DNA from: Octopus vulgaris
Taxonomy: Eukaryota
NCBI GenBank assembly: GCA_951406725.2
Contig: OX597815.1
Location: 99,820,001 to 99,884,000 of the forward strand
DNA length: 64,000 nucleotides
Direction of reading: 5' to 3'
Shown here: one piece after another, positions 41,322-54,535 of the stretch
How positions within the stretch are numbered: the first letter of the stretch is position 1
How the letters are laid out: each line of letters begins with the position of its first letter
Translations under genes and position numbers: made by a program
Notes under the pieces: generated by a model
The model's input: the letters and a program-made list of their open reading frames with translations, nothing else
Databases searched by the model: none
What the model was told of the DNA's origin: nothing

Positions 41322-41664
41322 CACACACACACTCACAAATATATATATATATATATTGATAAAGGTCCAAGGTGTACCTTGTAGTACTCCGGCTAGTACT
41401 ACAGAATTAGCATTTGTATGAGAAACCTATATATGTTTATGCTGTTGTTGTTACTCTCATTACTGTTGTTCACATTTAGAACCGGGTCAAGGGTTGTGGA
41501 TTGGTAAAATCGTTAGGGTGTCGAACAAAGAACATTGTGATATGATTTAGCTCTTCATGCATTAAATTAAAATCATGCTCAGGTGAACTTTACGTTTCAA
41601 CCAATCCGCAGATTATATTATTCAATATACCTTTTATTTAGATTTTAAAACCTGGTCTAAGGAT

Positions 41665-41845
41665 GTTTAACTGCCATTTCTTTGCAGAAAATATTGATCA
41701 CATCTATGACGGTATCTGAGATACAATATCCCCTGAGAATAAGCAACAGTTTGACTTGGTATATTAAATCGAATGCTTTACTGAAGTCTACAATTGAGAT
41801 AGCAGTTATTCTTGATACCTTAAAGCACTCACTACTTATTGCAGC
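41665..41845 (-). mobile_element. RTE-like LINE reverse transcriptase fragment (inverted 5' part)
   Basis: AISIVDFSKAFDLI...LLLILRGYCISDTVIDVINI, the RT motif with DFSKAFD. Confidence 0.75.
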
Positions 41846-41854
41846 ATCAAATAC

Positions 41855-42610
41855 AGTAGAAATAACCACATTTCCAAAAGAAAATCGGATATCATGCTTG
41901 CTTCAACTATAATTACTTATACAAATAATGTAGATGATAGAGCTCTTACCGTTAATACTAATCAAAGAGTTTCAGTTACTACTTGAATGCGTTCAGGAAA
42001 CCTCAAAATACGTTGGACTACACGTCAATGACTATAAGACTGAACATTTGTGGTTTTCAATCGACTGAAAGAACACTTAAATCATAAACAGGTGCAAACT
42101 TGAAATATGTAACCGAAAGATCTAAGGAAAACTGTGAAATAAAAATCAATTCTTATTACACGGCAAGGTCAGAAATTAACATGTGCTCAATATTGGATCC
42201 AAATCTTTCTAATGACCTCTATAATAGTTTTGTAGCGTTGCTGTAGAAACCAAAATTGACTTATGGATCTGAGTCTTAGACACCTACGCAAGTAATAGAA
42301 AGCCGAATAAATGGAAGATATACCAAAATATTGAAGAGGGTGAAGAACGTTTCTAGGGAACAACATTTACTGAAGGGCGCATGATATGGAAATATAGCAT
42401 TACTAATGAACGCCATCAAAGAATACAGAATTGAGTTGATGGGGTACAGTTGGAGAAGAAAAATGATATTTTACGTTATCTGTTATTATGATAACCAGTT
42501 GATATAAGAAAAACAGGCAAAGCATGTCGAACAGCAGATACTGGCATACACAAAGCTTGTTGCAGAGATGAGAGAGAACCGAGAAACCTGGAGAGTACAG
42601 ATCAATGGGA
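41855..42610 (+). mobile_element. RTE-like LINE RT 3' portion, decayed
   Basis: ITYTNNVDDRAL...LLECVQETSKYVGLHVNDYKTE and later YGSES*T (LYGSESWT-like) motifs. Confidence 0.7.
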
Positions 42611-42893
42611 TCCAAGTACACACCGCTTTACACACACACACATATAGACCCAAATGCACATACACATGCGCGCACATGCGCACTTACGAATAGGCGTAGA
42701 CATGGTTATGTGGTTAATAATATATTCTCGTCCAGACAAAGGCTGACCAAGACTTTATGAAGAAATCTGTAGGCGAGAATTTGTGGAAACCTGTTTTTGT
42801 ATATAAGAACGTTAGAGTAAATACCAGATTTTAATATATATATATTATATTATATTATATTATATTATATTATATTATATTATATTATATTTA

Positions 42894-42949
42894 AATTCAT
42901 TGGGCTACTGGCTTATTGGTGCACCAATAAGCCAGTAGCCCAATGAATT
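42894..42949. repeat. Perfect 56-bp spacerless palindrome
   Basis: aattcattgggctactggcttattggtg|caccaataagccagtagcccaatgaatt. Confidence 0.95.
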
Positions 42950-42979
42950 AAGCAAGCAAAAGCATATATGCATAGGTAT

Positions 42980-43162
42980 AGTTTTCTTCTCATCCACATG
43001 GTTCCGGGTTCGGTGCTACTACGTGACACCTTGAACAAGTGTTTTCAATTGTTGTCCGGGTCACCCAAAGAATTCTAAGCGGATTTGGTTAACGGAAACT
43101 GAATTCAAGCGGTCTCATGTATCAGTTTTGTGAGTATGTATGTGAGTGTGCATACGTGTGCA

Positions 43163-43202
<40 letters not shown>

Positions 43203-43410
43203 TGTGTGTGTGAATGTGTATGTGGGTGAAGGGTTGTGTTTCTACCCGGTATTGTTTTATTTACGTCCTCGTAACTTAGCGGTTCGGCAAAATAGACTGC
43301 TAGAATAAGCATCAGGCTTTAGGAAACAAATAAGTAGCGGGGTCGATCCATTCGACTGAAACCTTTCATGGCGGTGCTCGAGCCTCATAGCAGTATATTG
43401 ACCGAAACAA
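42980..43410 (+). mobile_element. tRNA-derived SINE family D with internal (TG)n; its 3' part recurs inverted at 47194-47329, about 1970-2045 and 2610-2660
   Basis: ccacatggttccgggttc...caccttgaacaagtgt head and core; 3' part gcggttcggcaaaatagac...ggcggtgctc.agc shared with the other copies. Confidence 0.75.
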
Positions 43411-43501
43411 AAGATTGAAAAAAAAAACGATATAGATACATCATAAAAAATTGTTAAACTTTCGAGAGAACGTGAATCAAACATCTTTGAAAAATGAGTC
43501 T

Positions 43502-43832
43502 CGAAGCACATAAATATTTATATACTGTCATATAAATGACAGTATGTAAATAGTAGGTTAAAAAAAGCGCCTTTCGGATAGAAAGAGTCGAAGGCGACCC
43601 GTAGGACCCGGACCCACATCGCCTGGAGACATGACAGGGATTCCAGCAATGGACCAAAATAAAGTTTCTAAATTTGATAAATTCGAAAGATTGTTTGGTC
43701 CAATGGCAGAACACCTGTCATTACATGCGATATGCGTTCGAGTCCCATGGGCAGTCGTCGACATTTTCTATCCATTAGGGTTTTTCCACCCAACCCGATA
43801 CTTGCATGCTTAGAACATTTATGAGCTTCAAA
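43502..43832. repeat. Diverged palindromic element built from two outward-facing tRNA-like heads
   Basis: Right arm has A-box TGGTCCAATGG (43696), cctgtca anticodon-like loop and B-box GTTCGAGTC (43736); left arm 43593-43660 is its diverged reverse complement. Confidence 0.6.
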
Positions 43833-44402
43833 TTAATACACATGTATATACATATATATGAGCATTTTTTATATTCACACGCATATCAAATATATATATA
43901 TATGAAGATTAAATACATTTTGAAAACTTGGTACAGTAAAAGAACTGTCAATACAAAAACTAAATATTCTTATATTAAATAAACCTCGCTACTATATTTC
44001 TAACAAAAGCATACGTATGAAGTTATGTGAATAATCCTCGTTTAAGCTATAAGAATTTTTGGCCGGATTCTGAAGATTGCAGAAACACGGATACCATTAG
44101 TGTAATATTTTTTCAAAGGAAACTCTCTCTTTTTTTAAAAAAATTTTATTCCTTTTCTTTTAATTTTTTTTATTTCTTTATTTGCTATCACTTAGATGTC
44201 TGTGTACGTATGTATATGTAAAACAGAAAAAATATCGTATCTGTATATATGTGTGTATGAAATAGAGGAAGAAGAGGGAGAAAGAAAGAGAGAGTTAATG
44301 TTTGTATGTTTCTTTTAAATTTATAATATATAAATTTAATGCATATAAATATAGACTTCATATAATGCATCATTTCTTCAGAAGAGACGTGTGTGTTTAT
44401 GA

Positions 44403-44466
<64 letters not shown>

Positions 44467-44967
44467 CTTTTGTTATCTTAACGTTTTTACCATTATATAT
44501 ATAAATATATATATATGTATGAATGTATGTATGTATGTATGTTTGTATATGGATGTGTGTGTCTATTTTCCTAAGCTCATAATTTCTATAAGCTAGTCTC
44601 ATTTTAAAAAGAATATTGTCTCTCCATCACACTGTAAGAATGTTTTCAAGCCTAAGGTGCCTTCCTTTTTCCCCTTCATTAGGTAAAATTCACAGACATT
44701 CCAGGAGGAAAGAAGACACAGCGATGATTTTTTTTCTCTTCTTCTTCTTTGTTAATTTTTTTTTTTTTTGCTACTTGCTTTTTTTTTCTTTTATTGTTCT
44801 TTATTCGAAAATCCAACAGCATCAATAACAATAAGAACAACATTCATCTAGAAAAATAAAATAGAAATGAAATAGGAAGAACATCAAAAGCGTCAAACAA
44901 TACAACAAATATATAAACATATAGATATATACACACATATATAAGCACACACATATAAGCACAAAAA

Positions 44968-45003
<36 letters not shown>

Positions 45004-45040
45004 CATATATATATATATATTTGTATTTTCATGTTTGGAT

Positions 45041-45175
<135 letters not shown>

Positions 45176-45479
45176 TAGGTGTGTGTATGGAAGTATATTT
45201 GCAAGTTCCATTAGGGAAACTCCTGTCAAAAATAATGAAGCTAACTGATTCTAAAATATAATACCCAGATAGGAAAAATTAACAATATAAATAAATAAAT
45301 AATTAGAAAAAAAAAGCCAAAAACAACTAAACAGAAACAACAACTGAAATGAACCAAAAGGCAAAATAGTGGAATACGACGACAGTAAGAGTCAACAGAA
45401 AAAAAAAAAACTACTGATATATAAAACACAAACCAATGCAAACATACATGCACTACTTGTATATAATTACATATGTGTG

Positions 45480-45534
<55 letters not shown>

Positions 45535-46081
45535 ATATACTATACATACATAAATATATGTATGCATGTAAATGCGATATATTTATCTACACAGGGAAGG
45601 AAGCTGGTTTAGCTTGTTTGTTTGTTTTTTTGTGGGGTTTTTTCTTCCTCCTGTAGTGGTTATTAAGAAAATATAACTGTAATACTATATTTACGTCGTC
45701 CAGCTGTTTCTTCCGTATTTTACACCAAATCATAATGGTTTCCAAGATTTACTATAAAACTAAACCTAAACAGAAGCCATTGTCAGCGCTGACCTCAAAT
45801 TTGCTGAAAAGCACAATTTTCTATACACATACATTACACAGAGGGAGACAGAGTGAATCACACTTCCACACACATGCTAATACATACGCACATACATACA
45901 CACATACATGCATCCATCCATACATACATACATAAAGAAAGAAAGAAGGCTGTATGAGTAAAAGCTTTCATTTCAATATATAATCTCAATAACTACTAGT
46001 GTGTGTATTTATGTATGTATGTATATATGCCTATATACATATATATGTATATATACATATATTTGTATATCAGTATGTATG

Positions 46082-46114
<33 letters not shown>

Positions 46115-46148
46115 ATATATTATATATATATATACATACATACATACC

Positions 46149-46200
<52 letters not shown>

Positions 46201-46250
46201 AATATATATATCTAAATATATATACATACACATATGTATCTATAAATATG

Positions 46251-46284
<34 letters not shown>

Positions 46285-46761
46285 CGTGTGTGTGTGTATA
46301 ATATTTTATATTGTATGCCTGTTTGCCTTTGTACGTGTATGAGACAATGAGTGAATGAGAGACACAGACACAAAGAGGGTGGTGGAGAAGAAGGGACGAA
46401 TATATATGTGTACCTGTAAAGAGAAATATGGCTGCAAATATATTACCGTATGAATTTATCAAAAGTTGATAACTCATAGGAAGGAGCGTGTGTGTATGTG
46501 CATGTGTGTGCGTGTGTGTGTGAGTCCGCGTGCGCGATTGTACGTGTGTGAGTGAGCGAGTGTATGTATTTGAATACATGTCAATAATTATATCAACCAG
46601 TGAAGATTTTTGCCAAAAGGCACATAGAATGGTTCATACAAAATCAGTTTTTATAAACGTCATATATACACACACACACACACACGCGCGCACACACGTG
46701 TATATATCGCATTTATATATGAATAAATATATGTGTACATATATGTATATATACATATACA

Positions 46762-46873
<112 letters not shown>

Positions 46874-47329
46874 TATGTGTGTGTGTGTTTGTGGTAATTT
46901 ATTATGAAAGCAGTGTTACATTATACTGAAGGCTCACTTGATGCTTTTTGTAGAGGAAAAAAATTTATTCTTTAACAAGAATTTTTGGCCAGCGAACTCA
47001 TCATCGGCTTCTCCACTTAAGGATGTCTACAAAAAGGAAGCGGGCATTCTCCTGTCTACGGTACCTGACGAATCAACATTCCGACATGAAGAAGATATGA
47101 GGGAAGCAGTGCTCCTCTCTTTCAGATACCAAGCGGACCAACAACCGAGGGTGAAGGAAACATACAAGAGTGATGATATGGAATCTCGTATACTCTTTTA
47201 CTCTTTTACTTGTTTCAGTCATTTGACTGCGGCCATGCTGGAGCACCGCCTTTAGTCGAGCAAATCGACCCCAGAGCTTATTCTTTGTAAGCCTAGTACT
47301 TATTCTATAGGTCTATTTTGCCGAACCGC

Positions 47330-48101
47330 ATATAAGATGAGAAAGGGCAAATTTTTATCTCAAGCCATCAAGGACAAGAGGAAAGACCGCGCTACGAAGC
47401 TTTTGAACAAACTCAAGCATCCCCACCAACCGAACATGTTCTGGTTTTTCTCAGATGAGAAAAATTTCTGCCAGGGTCAGATAGTGGACACAGAACAACC
47501 GTTGGCCTGCCGTGTCCCCAAAATATGTACCGTGAGTGGTGAGAATCAAATACCCTCTCAACAACATGGTGTTTGAAGTGATCACTAGTGATGGCGATGT
47601 TATACCTCCATTCGTCTTCCCATACGTCCTCTCACTGAACACTGGAGGAGGTAGTGCTGCCTTGGGTGAAGAGGGTGGCTGCTGGAAGACGCTATGTCTG
47701 GCAGCAGGACTCTGCACCATGCCACACAACCAGGAGAACCCAGTCATGGTTGTCAGACAAATTCTGCGACCACATCACTCCTAACATCTGGTAACCTAAC
47801 TCACCAGACCGCAACCCCCTTGGTTATTATATGTGGGGCGCAGTTGAAAGAGAGACCAACAAAACTGCTTGTAATACCAAAGATGATCTGCAGGCAAGGA
47901 CTATGGCAGTATTCACCAACCTTAACAAGGAGACCCCACCACCACCAGAAGAGTTGTAGGAGATTCCGAATTCGTCTGGAGGCCCTGGTAGAAGCCAAAG
48001 TCGATTTTATTGAATAAATTTACTCTTAGTATTTCAAGATATTTTTACGTAATTTTGGTAAATATATTTTGCGTAATTCAGACAATTTATTCACCGCACC
48101 C

Positions 48102-48103
<2 letters not shown>
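47330..48103 (+). mobile_element. DD37D (maT-type) Tc1/mariner transposon, 5'-truncated pseudogene with 3' TIR
   Basis: FFSDEKNF, WQQDSAPCH and W*PNSPDRNPLGYYMWGAVE; 37 residues between the QQD aspartate and the third catalytic position (now G); terminus ttattcaccgcaccctg|ta. Confidence 0.9.
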
Positions 48104-48156
<53 letters not shown>

Positions 48157-48631
48157 GGTGCGGTGAATAATATGTGTGTATGTGTGTATGTGTGTGTAAA
48201 TTGTCACACACATTTCTATATGCATATGCATATATATATAATGAGGGTATGTATAATTGACTTTTGAGATGTCATATATGTATATATGCGTGCATATACG
48301 TGTATATATGTGCATGTATGCAAGCATGTTTGTGGGTATATACCTATGTATGTTTGTATGTAAGACTTGCTGACTTTCGGTATTTGCACTACTCTAATAA
48401 GAATTAGAACTGCATCATCCATTTAGTTGTGACTTTCGACTTTATGTTTTGTTTTGAAACTTACTCGCTTATGAAGATTCATTGTCTATGGCTGTCACAA
48501 ATCGGAAACAAAAGAGCAAAGGCTCAAATGCTCTTCCATTTTGGCTCTAAAATTTCATATAGATTTCTCTCTTTCTCTCTCTCACTCTCTCTCTCTCTAT
48601 CTTTCTCTCTATCTCTCTCCCTCTCTCGGTA

Positions 48632-48921
48632 CATGTGGCACCCCGTCGGTTACGACGTCAAGGGTCTCAGTTGATCCGATCGACGAAACAACGTGAAATT
48701 AACGTGCAAATGTCTGGGTACTCTACAGACAAGGATACCGTTAAAGTTGTTCAGAAGGAGAATCAGCGCGACACGGAAATACACTTTTGCCAGCTGAGTG
48801 GACTGGAGCAATAATACACAGAAATAAAGTGTCTTGCTCAAGGACACAACGCGTCGCCGGGAATTGAACTCACGTACCGTAAGATCGTAAGACGAATACC
48901 CTAACAACGAAGCCACGCGCC
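48632..48921 (-). mobile_element. tRNA-derived SINE family C
   Basis: Head ggcgcgtggct...gtgagttcaattcccggcgacgc followed by gtccttgagcaagacacttt core. Confidence 0.8.
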
Positions 48922-48945
48922 TTCACACACACACACATATACATG

Positions 48946-49002
<57 letters not shown>

Positions 49003-49017
49003 GTGTGTGTGTGTATA

Positions 49018-49069
<52 letters not shown>

Positions 49070-49748
49070 TAAAAAACAGAAAGGGATCAGGAAGAGGAAG
49101 TGTAGACATACACACGCACACACACACAACAATTGCATGACAAGTTAGTTGCGTTTAAGATTCTCCAGAATGACAACACTGTATCACATTTTATTAGAAA
49201 AATACAAATCAAAAATTGAACAATTTGTTTTATTTGCTTTCATTCTTTATCATTGTTAATTTGAACTATTTCCAATAAGTTCTTACAGCAACAAAATTAT
49301 CGCCATCCTTTGTCTTGCCCTATGATGAAATCACCAGTTATGTTCTTTACAATGTGGGGCTACTGGGTGCAAGAATGCTAGAGAATACGACAATGATATC
49401 AGTACTTAGCTCGCGGGAAATATTCCTGTTAACAGAATTATATTCTTCGTGTAAGGGCAAAATTATTATGAATTTATCGAGGGAATTGTTAATTTAAATG
49501 AAATACTATTATTTCTTTTAAATTATACTGAATTGAATACGTACTTTATATATTTGCCTATGTGTCTATGTGTGTGTATTTGTGCGTTCTTGCGCGTGTA
49601 CGCGTACTTGTAAAAGTATGTATGTATATACAGAGAGAGAAAAAGAAAGAGAGAGATGTACACACCGGCGTATATATGTTCATGTGTATACATATCTATT
49701 TGCATATACGTATTCAATTATTTATCTCTATCAATCTCTCTATCTCTA

Positions 49749-49963
49749 GGGCAGTGAACTAGCAGAACTGTTAGCACGCCGGGCAAAATGCTCAGCAGCA
49801 TTTCTTCCGCCTTTATGTTCTGAGTTCAAGTTCCGCCAAGGTCAACTTTACCTTTTTTCCTTTTCAAGTCGACAAAATAAGTACAAGTTGAGCACTAGGA
49901 TCAATATAACTGACTTAGCCCCTTCCCCGAAACTGCTGGCCTTGTGCTAAAATTTGAAACCAG
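49749..49963 (+). mobile_element. Full-length SINE family A copy with (CT)n tail
   Basis: ggcagtgaactagcagaa...gagttcaagttccgcc...gtgctaaaatttgaaacc. Confidence 0.85.
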
Positions 49964-49986
49964 TCTCTATCTAACTCTCTTTTTCT

Positions 49987-50052
<66 letters not shown>

Positions 50053-50489
50053 GCTCTCTCTATATGTGTGTATATATTGTATGCATACATGTAGGGATGT
50101 ATCTATGTATTGTAGAAATAAAATTAAGAAAAATATTTTCGACCGAATTTTGCTTAACATGTTCTTTGACTTTAAATGTATAGGATTACATCAAACGCAG
50201 GACTGCAACACCATATTATATAAGTCAAGTAAGCAAGCTAATTCACAAGTGATTATTAATCAAGTTAAAATACTTATATGTTTTTAATATCTTCTCTGGA
50301 TTTAAGACTCTGTTTATGGCTCACGTATATGTATAAAATATACAGGCATTTGTCGCCTTTATCAGCAGACGCAAAGAGACTTCGGATTATGTACCTCAGC
50401 TGTTTGAGCAAACATGAACTAAAATATATTGTGCCGTCGATTTTAGTGTAAAACTTTACTTGAAAGTTATTCCTGTATCTTCCTCTGCT

Positions 50490-52240
50490 TTGAAAATTAG
50501 AAATCAATCATGACTTATTATGACTGATAGCAGTGTTTCATATCCGAAAATCATGAGAAAGAGTGGGAATCTGTCATATCTAATAGTCCTGCTTTTCTTA
50601 CTTATACAAGCAATGCTTCCTTTGCATTCCTTATTTACCAAGCAATATTGCTTTCGTATGTCTGAATACAATCCTCACATCTTATCGACCTCCGCCTTCT
50701 CTTTTTTTCTCGTAAAATGTAACCTATCAACCACACTTTTTGCACCATTTAGTGTCAGTATTTTCTTTGTTTTCTCATCCAACTATTGTAGTTCCTTTGT
50801 TCGCCATTGTTGGACTCCTGCTCCATACATTATGAAAACAATTGCCCACGAATTTATTACTTGAAACTTATTCCATTCAATTTAGTTTCCAAAATCAATT
50901 TCAGCGTCCTATAATATTTTCATTTGGCCTCTCTCAATTCACTTATTTCCGATATGTCCAGATACATGTGTCATTCTTTCTTAACTCTCATCACTACTCT
51001 TCCGGAGACAACTTCACATCATCCGCTTGTTGAGCATTACTTACTTTTAGAATCAACATTCCAAATTCCATTCTAATATCCGCTCTAAATCTATGCAGTT
51101 TGATCAGTGAATTCAGCTGGTGAATTCAGTTCTCGTCTTTCCCACAGAGTTTTACAACATCCGTAAAAAGATGATTGATCTTATTTTTTCTATCCTTCAT
51201 CCCAAATCCAGCTTTCTTGTTTCTCAAAATTAAAATCAAGTACAATGCAGACAGAAATGGTGACAAGCTAGCTTCTTGGAAGATTCTACATCTAATGTAG
51301 ACAAAACTTCATTTGGGGAGCATGTATTTCCTCTGGGTTTTTTTCAATTTCTTTCCCGATGAAAAATTTTGGGGAGATTTTGAGGAGTCTGTTTTGTCTG
51401 TACTGTCGGATTGTCTGAGCATATGACTTATTGTTCCCTTCGCTTATTTTAGTTCCTCGATTATTACCGGCAATACTTTGAAATCGATACCATATGTCTG
51501 CGTACTTGCGCCGATTCTGCAATTCTTCCTTTCTTCTGTCTAATACTGAGAGATCAATGTATAATCCTTTTTTCTTTTCTTTTTTTTTTTTGACCCTTAA
51601 GGATTCTCCTCTTCCACTATATGATTCTTTATCCCTCCCTCCCTTCGATTGCTTAGTAGATATCTTACTTCAAATCACAAATTTTCTGCTACCACTATAC
51701 TTGCTGCCTTTATTAGTCTATTAACTTCACTGATATTGCTTGTATATGTATATATTTTAAGATCCTATGTAATTTTCCTGATTACTGCATAAGTCTCATA
51801 TAGTTCAAAATTCTCCAACTTTACTATAATACTCGATCTACAATTCTTTTTTTCTTCATCTGTGCTGGCTGTGTTAGTCACCATAGATATATCAAGTAGA
51901 CTAATTTTTATTTCTTCTGCTATTTCAGGAGGTTTTATTGTCTCTGTCAGCTCTTCGTTGTGATCGATATTCGGTTCTTCTTCATCGTTATCGTTTTCAT
52001 ATACTCTTCTCTGAATTATTTCGAGTCCTAAATCTGATAACCAGCCCTTCTTTCTTATAATTCTGGCCTGGTCGCACAATCATTGTTCTATTGTTTCAAA
52101 TATTCCTCGTTGCTGCCATCCTTGGTCTATCCTTTTTCTATGTCTTCTTAATGGCACTCCATTATAATCTGTGATTTGGCTCCTATAGTAGAGCTCTATG
52201 ATGATTGCATTTATTTCTTTGCTCCGCTTCAAAATCGTTA
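50490..52240 (-). mobile_element. R4/Dong-like non-LTR retrotransposon, N-terminal region plus RT, multiply deleted
   Basis: ELYYRS...RHRKRI...WQQRGIFETIEQ*LCDQARIIRKKGWLS N-terminal motif; RT vestiges INHLFTDVVKL and DIRMEFG. Confidence 0.75.
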
Positions 52241-52243
52241 TCA

Positions 52244-52453
52244 CGCCAGGAAATTGCATGATAGCATTTCGTCCATGTTTACGTGCTGAGTTCAAATTCT
52301 GTTCAAATTTCGTCCATGTTTACGTGCTGAGTTCAAATTCTGCCGAGGTCGGCTTTACAATTCATCATTTTCTGGTCGATAAAGTAAGTACCAGTTAATG
52401 TAATCGACCTAGCCCCTCCTCGAAATTGCTGTCTTTGTACCAGAATTTGAAAC

Positions 52454-52456
<3 letters not shown>
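52244..52456 (+). mobile_element. SINE family A copy with internal ~41-bp tandem duplication and (TAT)n tail
   Basis: atttcgtccatgtttacgtgctgagttcaaattctg occurs twice; ends aatttgaaacc(att)n. Confidence 0.85.
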
Positions 52457-52531
<75 letters not shown>

Positions 52532-52544
52532 CATTATTATTATT

Positions 52545-53250
52545 TTACCTCTTGGTCGTACTTACTCTGGTTGATTCTGAGAGAGAGGTGATAGCAACCA
52601 GTTGTCAAAGGTCTCACAGGGTCTCTTTCCGCAAGCTATAAGCTTTGGTATTTGGATGTCAACTTATTGTAGAAAACACACAACACCTAAGTACCAATTT
52701 CAAAATCCTATCTATACCCAATTGAGAAGCTTTTTTAGGCCTGCTCTGCCTCATGCCAATTCCATTTTTTATGACATAATTCTCGAACCTGGTAGTTAGA
52801 GCTCCGAATGCTCCTACAACTAGTGGGATAACAGTTACTCTCCCCCTTTGCCCACATTCTTGCGATTTCGTCTTTTAGCAGTCTGTATTTCTCCATCTTT
52901 TCCAACTCTTTGTGATCTATGCGTGCATCCCCAGGTATAGCAATATCTGTGATCTTGGTTTCCTTTTCTCTTATTCATTACAATAATGTTTGGTCTCCGA
53001 GCATCGATTAAGGGGATTACATTGGACTGTAACTCCCACGGGATCTTATAATCATTGTTCTTCAGAGACATCTTCTGGTTCATGTTTGCACCATTTCTGT
53101 GCTGTGCCCAGACTGCACTTTACACACAGTCTCCAGTGAATAAACTTAACCACATTATCGTACCCCCTTTTGTAGTGCTTTTGGACCAGCTTGGTACACT
53201 CACTCACAATATGTGAGACTGTTTCGTTTTTGCTGCCACATGTTTACTAC
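52545..53250 (-). mobile_element. R4/Dong-like retrotransposon 3' end (CCHC knuckle plus RLE endonuclease)
   Basis: CGSKNETVSHIVSECTKL...IHWRLC...RRPNII...DIAIPGD...EKMEKY..LKDEIARMW...VIPLVVGAFG; 3' end abuts (TAA)n. Confidence 0.9.
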
Positions 53251-53801
53251 TTTTAATTATTTTCCCTTTCTTGTCACACTCAAAATATTAAGAAATAATT
53301 TGGTAAAAACTGGCAAGATGCCAAGACAACGAACACAATATTATCGAGAAATATATTTTGAAAAACGCTAATAATAAAGTCTAATGCAAATAAAAAAAAG
53401 GAAAGGCATTTGAAATTTAAGTTTACAAATTTTTCGCTTTCTTTTTTTTTTATTTATTTTAACGAAATGACAATCAGAACCAATATTGTTTTCCGTGTAA
53501 TCTGCTAAATTGCAACAAAAATCTTTGTAAATTAATAGACAACGACGATGAAAATTAGTTGCTTGAACTCAACAATGAGCAGCTACGTTCATAAGAGGAT
53601 TATATAAACTTACTGATTAATATGCACCTGGATTTTCAAGACAAAAATCATATTCTATTCATTTTCGTGTAATATTGTATAAAACCTACTTGTTTGTTGT
53701 AATTAATTGTTTGACGTGCCTTGAACATGTTTCTTAAATAGCAGAATACTGGGGAATGCCATATATGTGTGTGTGTGTGTGCGTGTGTGTATGTATGTAT
53801 G

Positions 53802-53863
<62 letters not shown>

Positions 53864-53909
53864 AGTGCACGTGTGTATGTTTGTGTGTGTATTTATGCAT
53901 GTACGTTAG

Positions 53910-53949
<40 letters not shown>

Positions 53950-54535
53950 CGTATGTGTATATATATATGTATATAAAACTTATATATTAGTATATGTGTA
54001 TATATGTATATATATATGCATATATGTATGTATATATATGTGTGTGTGTATGTGTGTGTGTGTGTGTGTATGTATGTGTGTGTGTGTGTGTGTGCCTGCG
54101 TGTTTGTGTGTGTGTACATATATGCATATAGATACATACATACAGAAATAGATACATACGTATGTATCGCCTATATAGAGATTTTTGTAGCTATTGTAGA
54201 TATTCTGCAGTTGATTTCTTCTTGTTTGAAAAAAAAATCTATTCTTTCTGTTATCAGTCAGTATCTTTGTTTAAATAGAAATGCGACCAGCCAAGCACGT
54301 GGCACGTGAGTTATTGATACATTTACACGCTTATTAACTTTGGAACATTATTAAACTCTAACATTTCCTAGAAGAGTCGATGTTACACATCTACTCTTCT
54401 CTCCCTACATTCACTTTATGTAAGTTCCCATCTTGTGACAATTAGATTCTACTTTACCCTTTGCAATCACAGAAGTCTGACTGAACTACTTACCGAATCT
54501 TCTAAGATGTCCTTCAATGAGAAAATTAGTTATGA

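Noticed and set aside
40691-41421. Paired ORFs sharing QAREHRDG.SPPGDVDDR.GLNASVTPPPPCPVPSHIQMANAP
   Set aside because: The similarity comes from the DNA inverted repeat; the frames run into microsatellite and show no recognisable domain.
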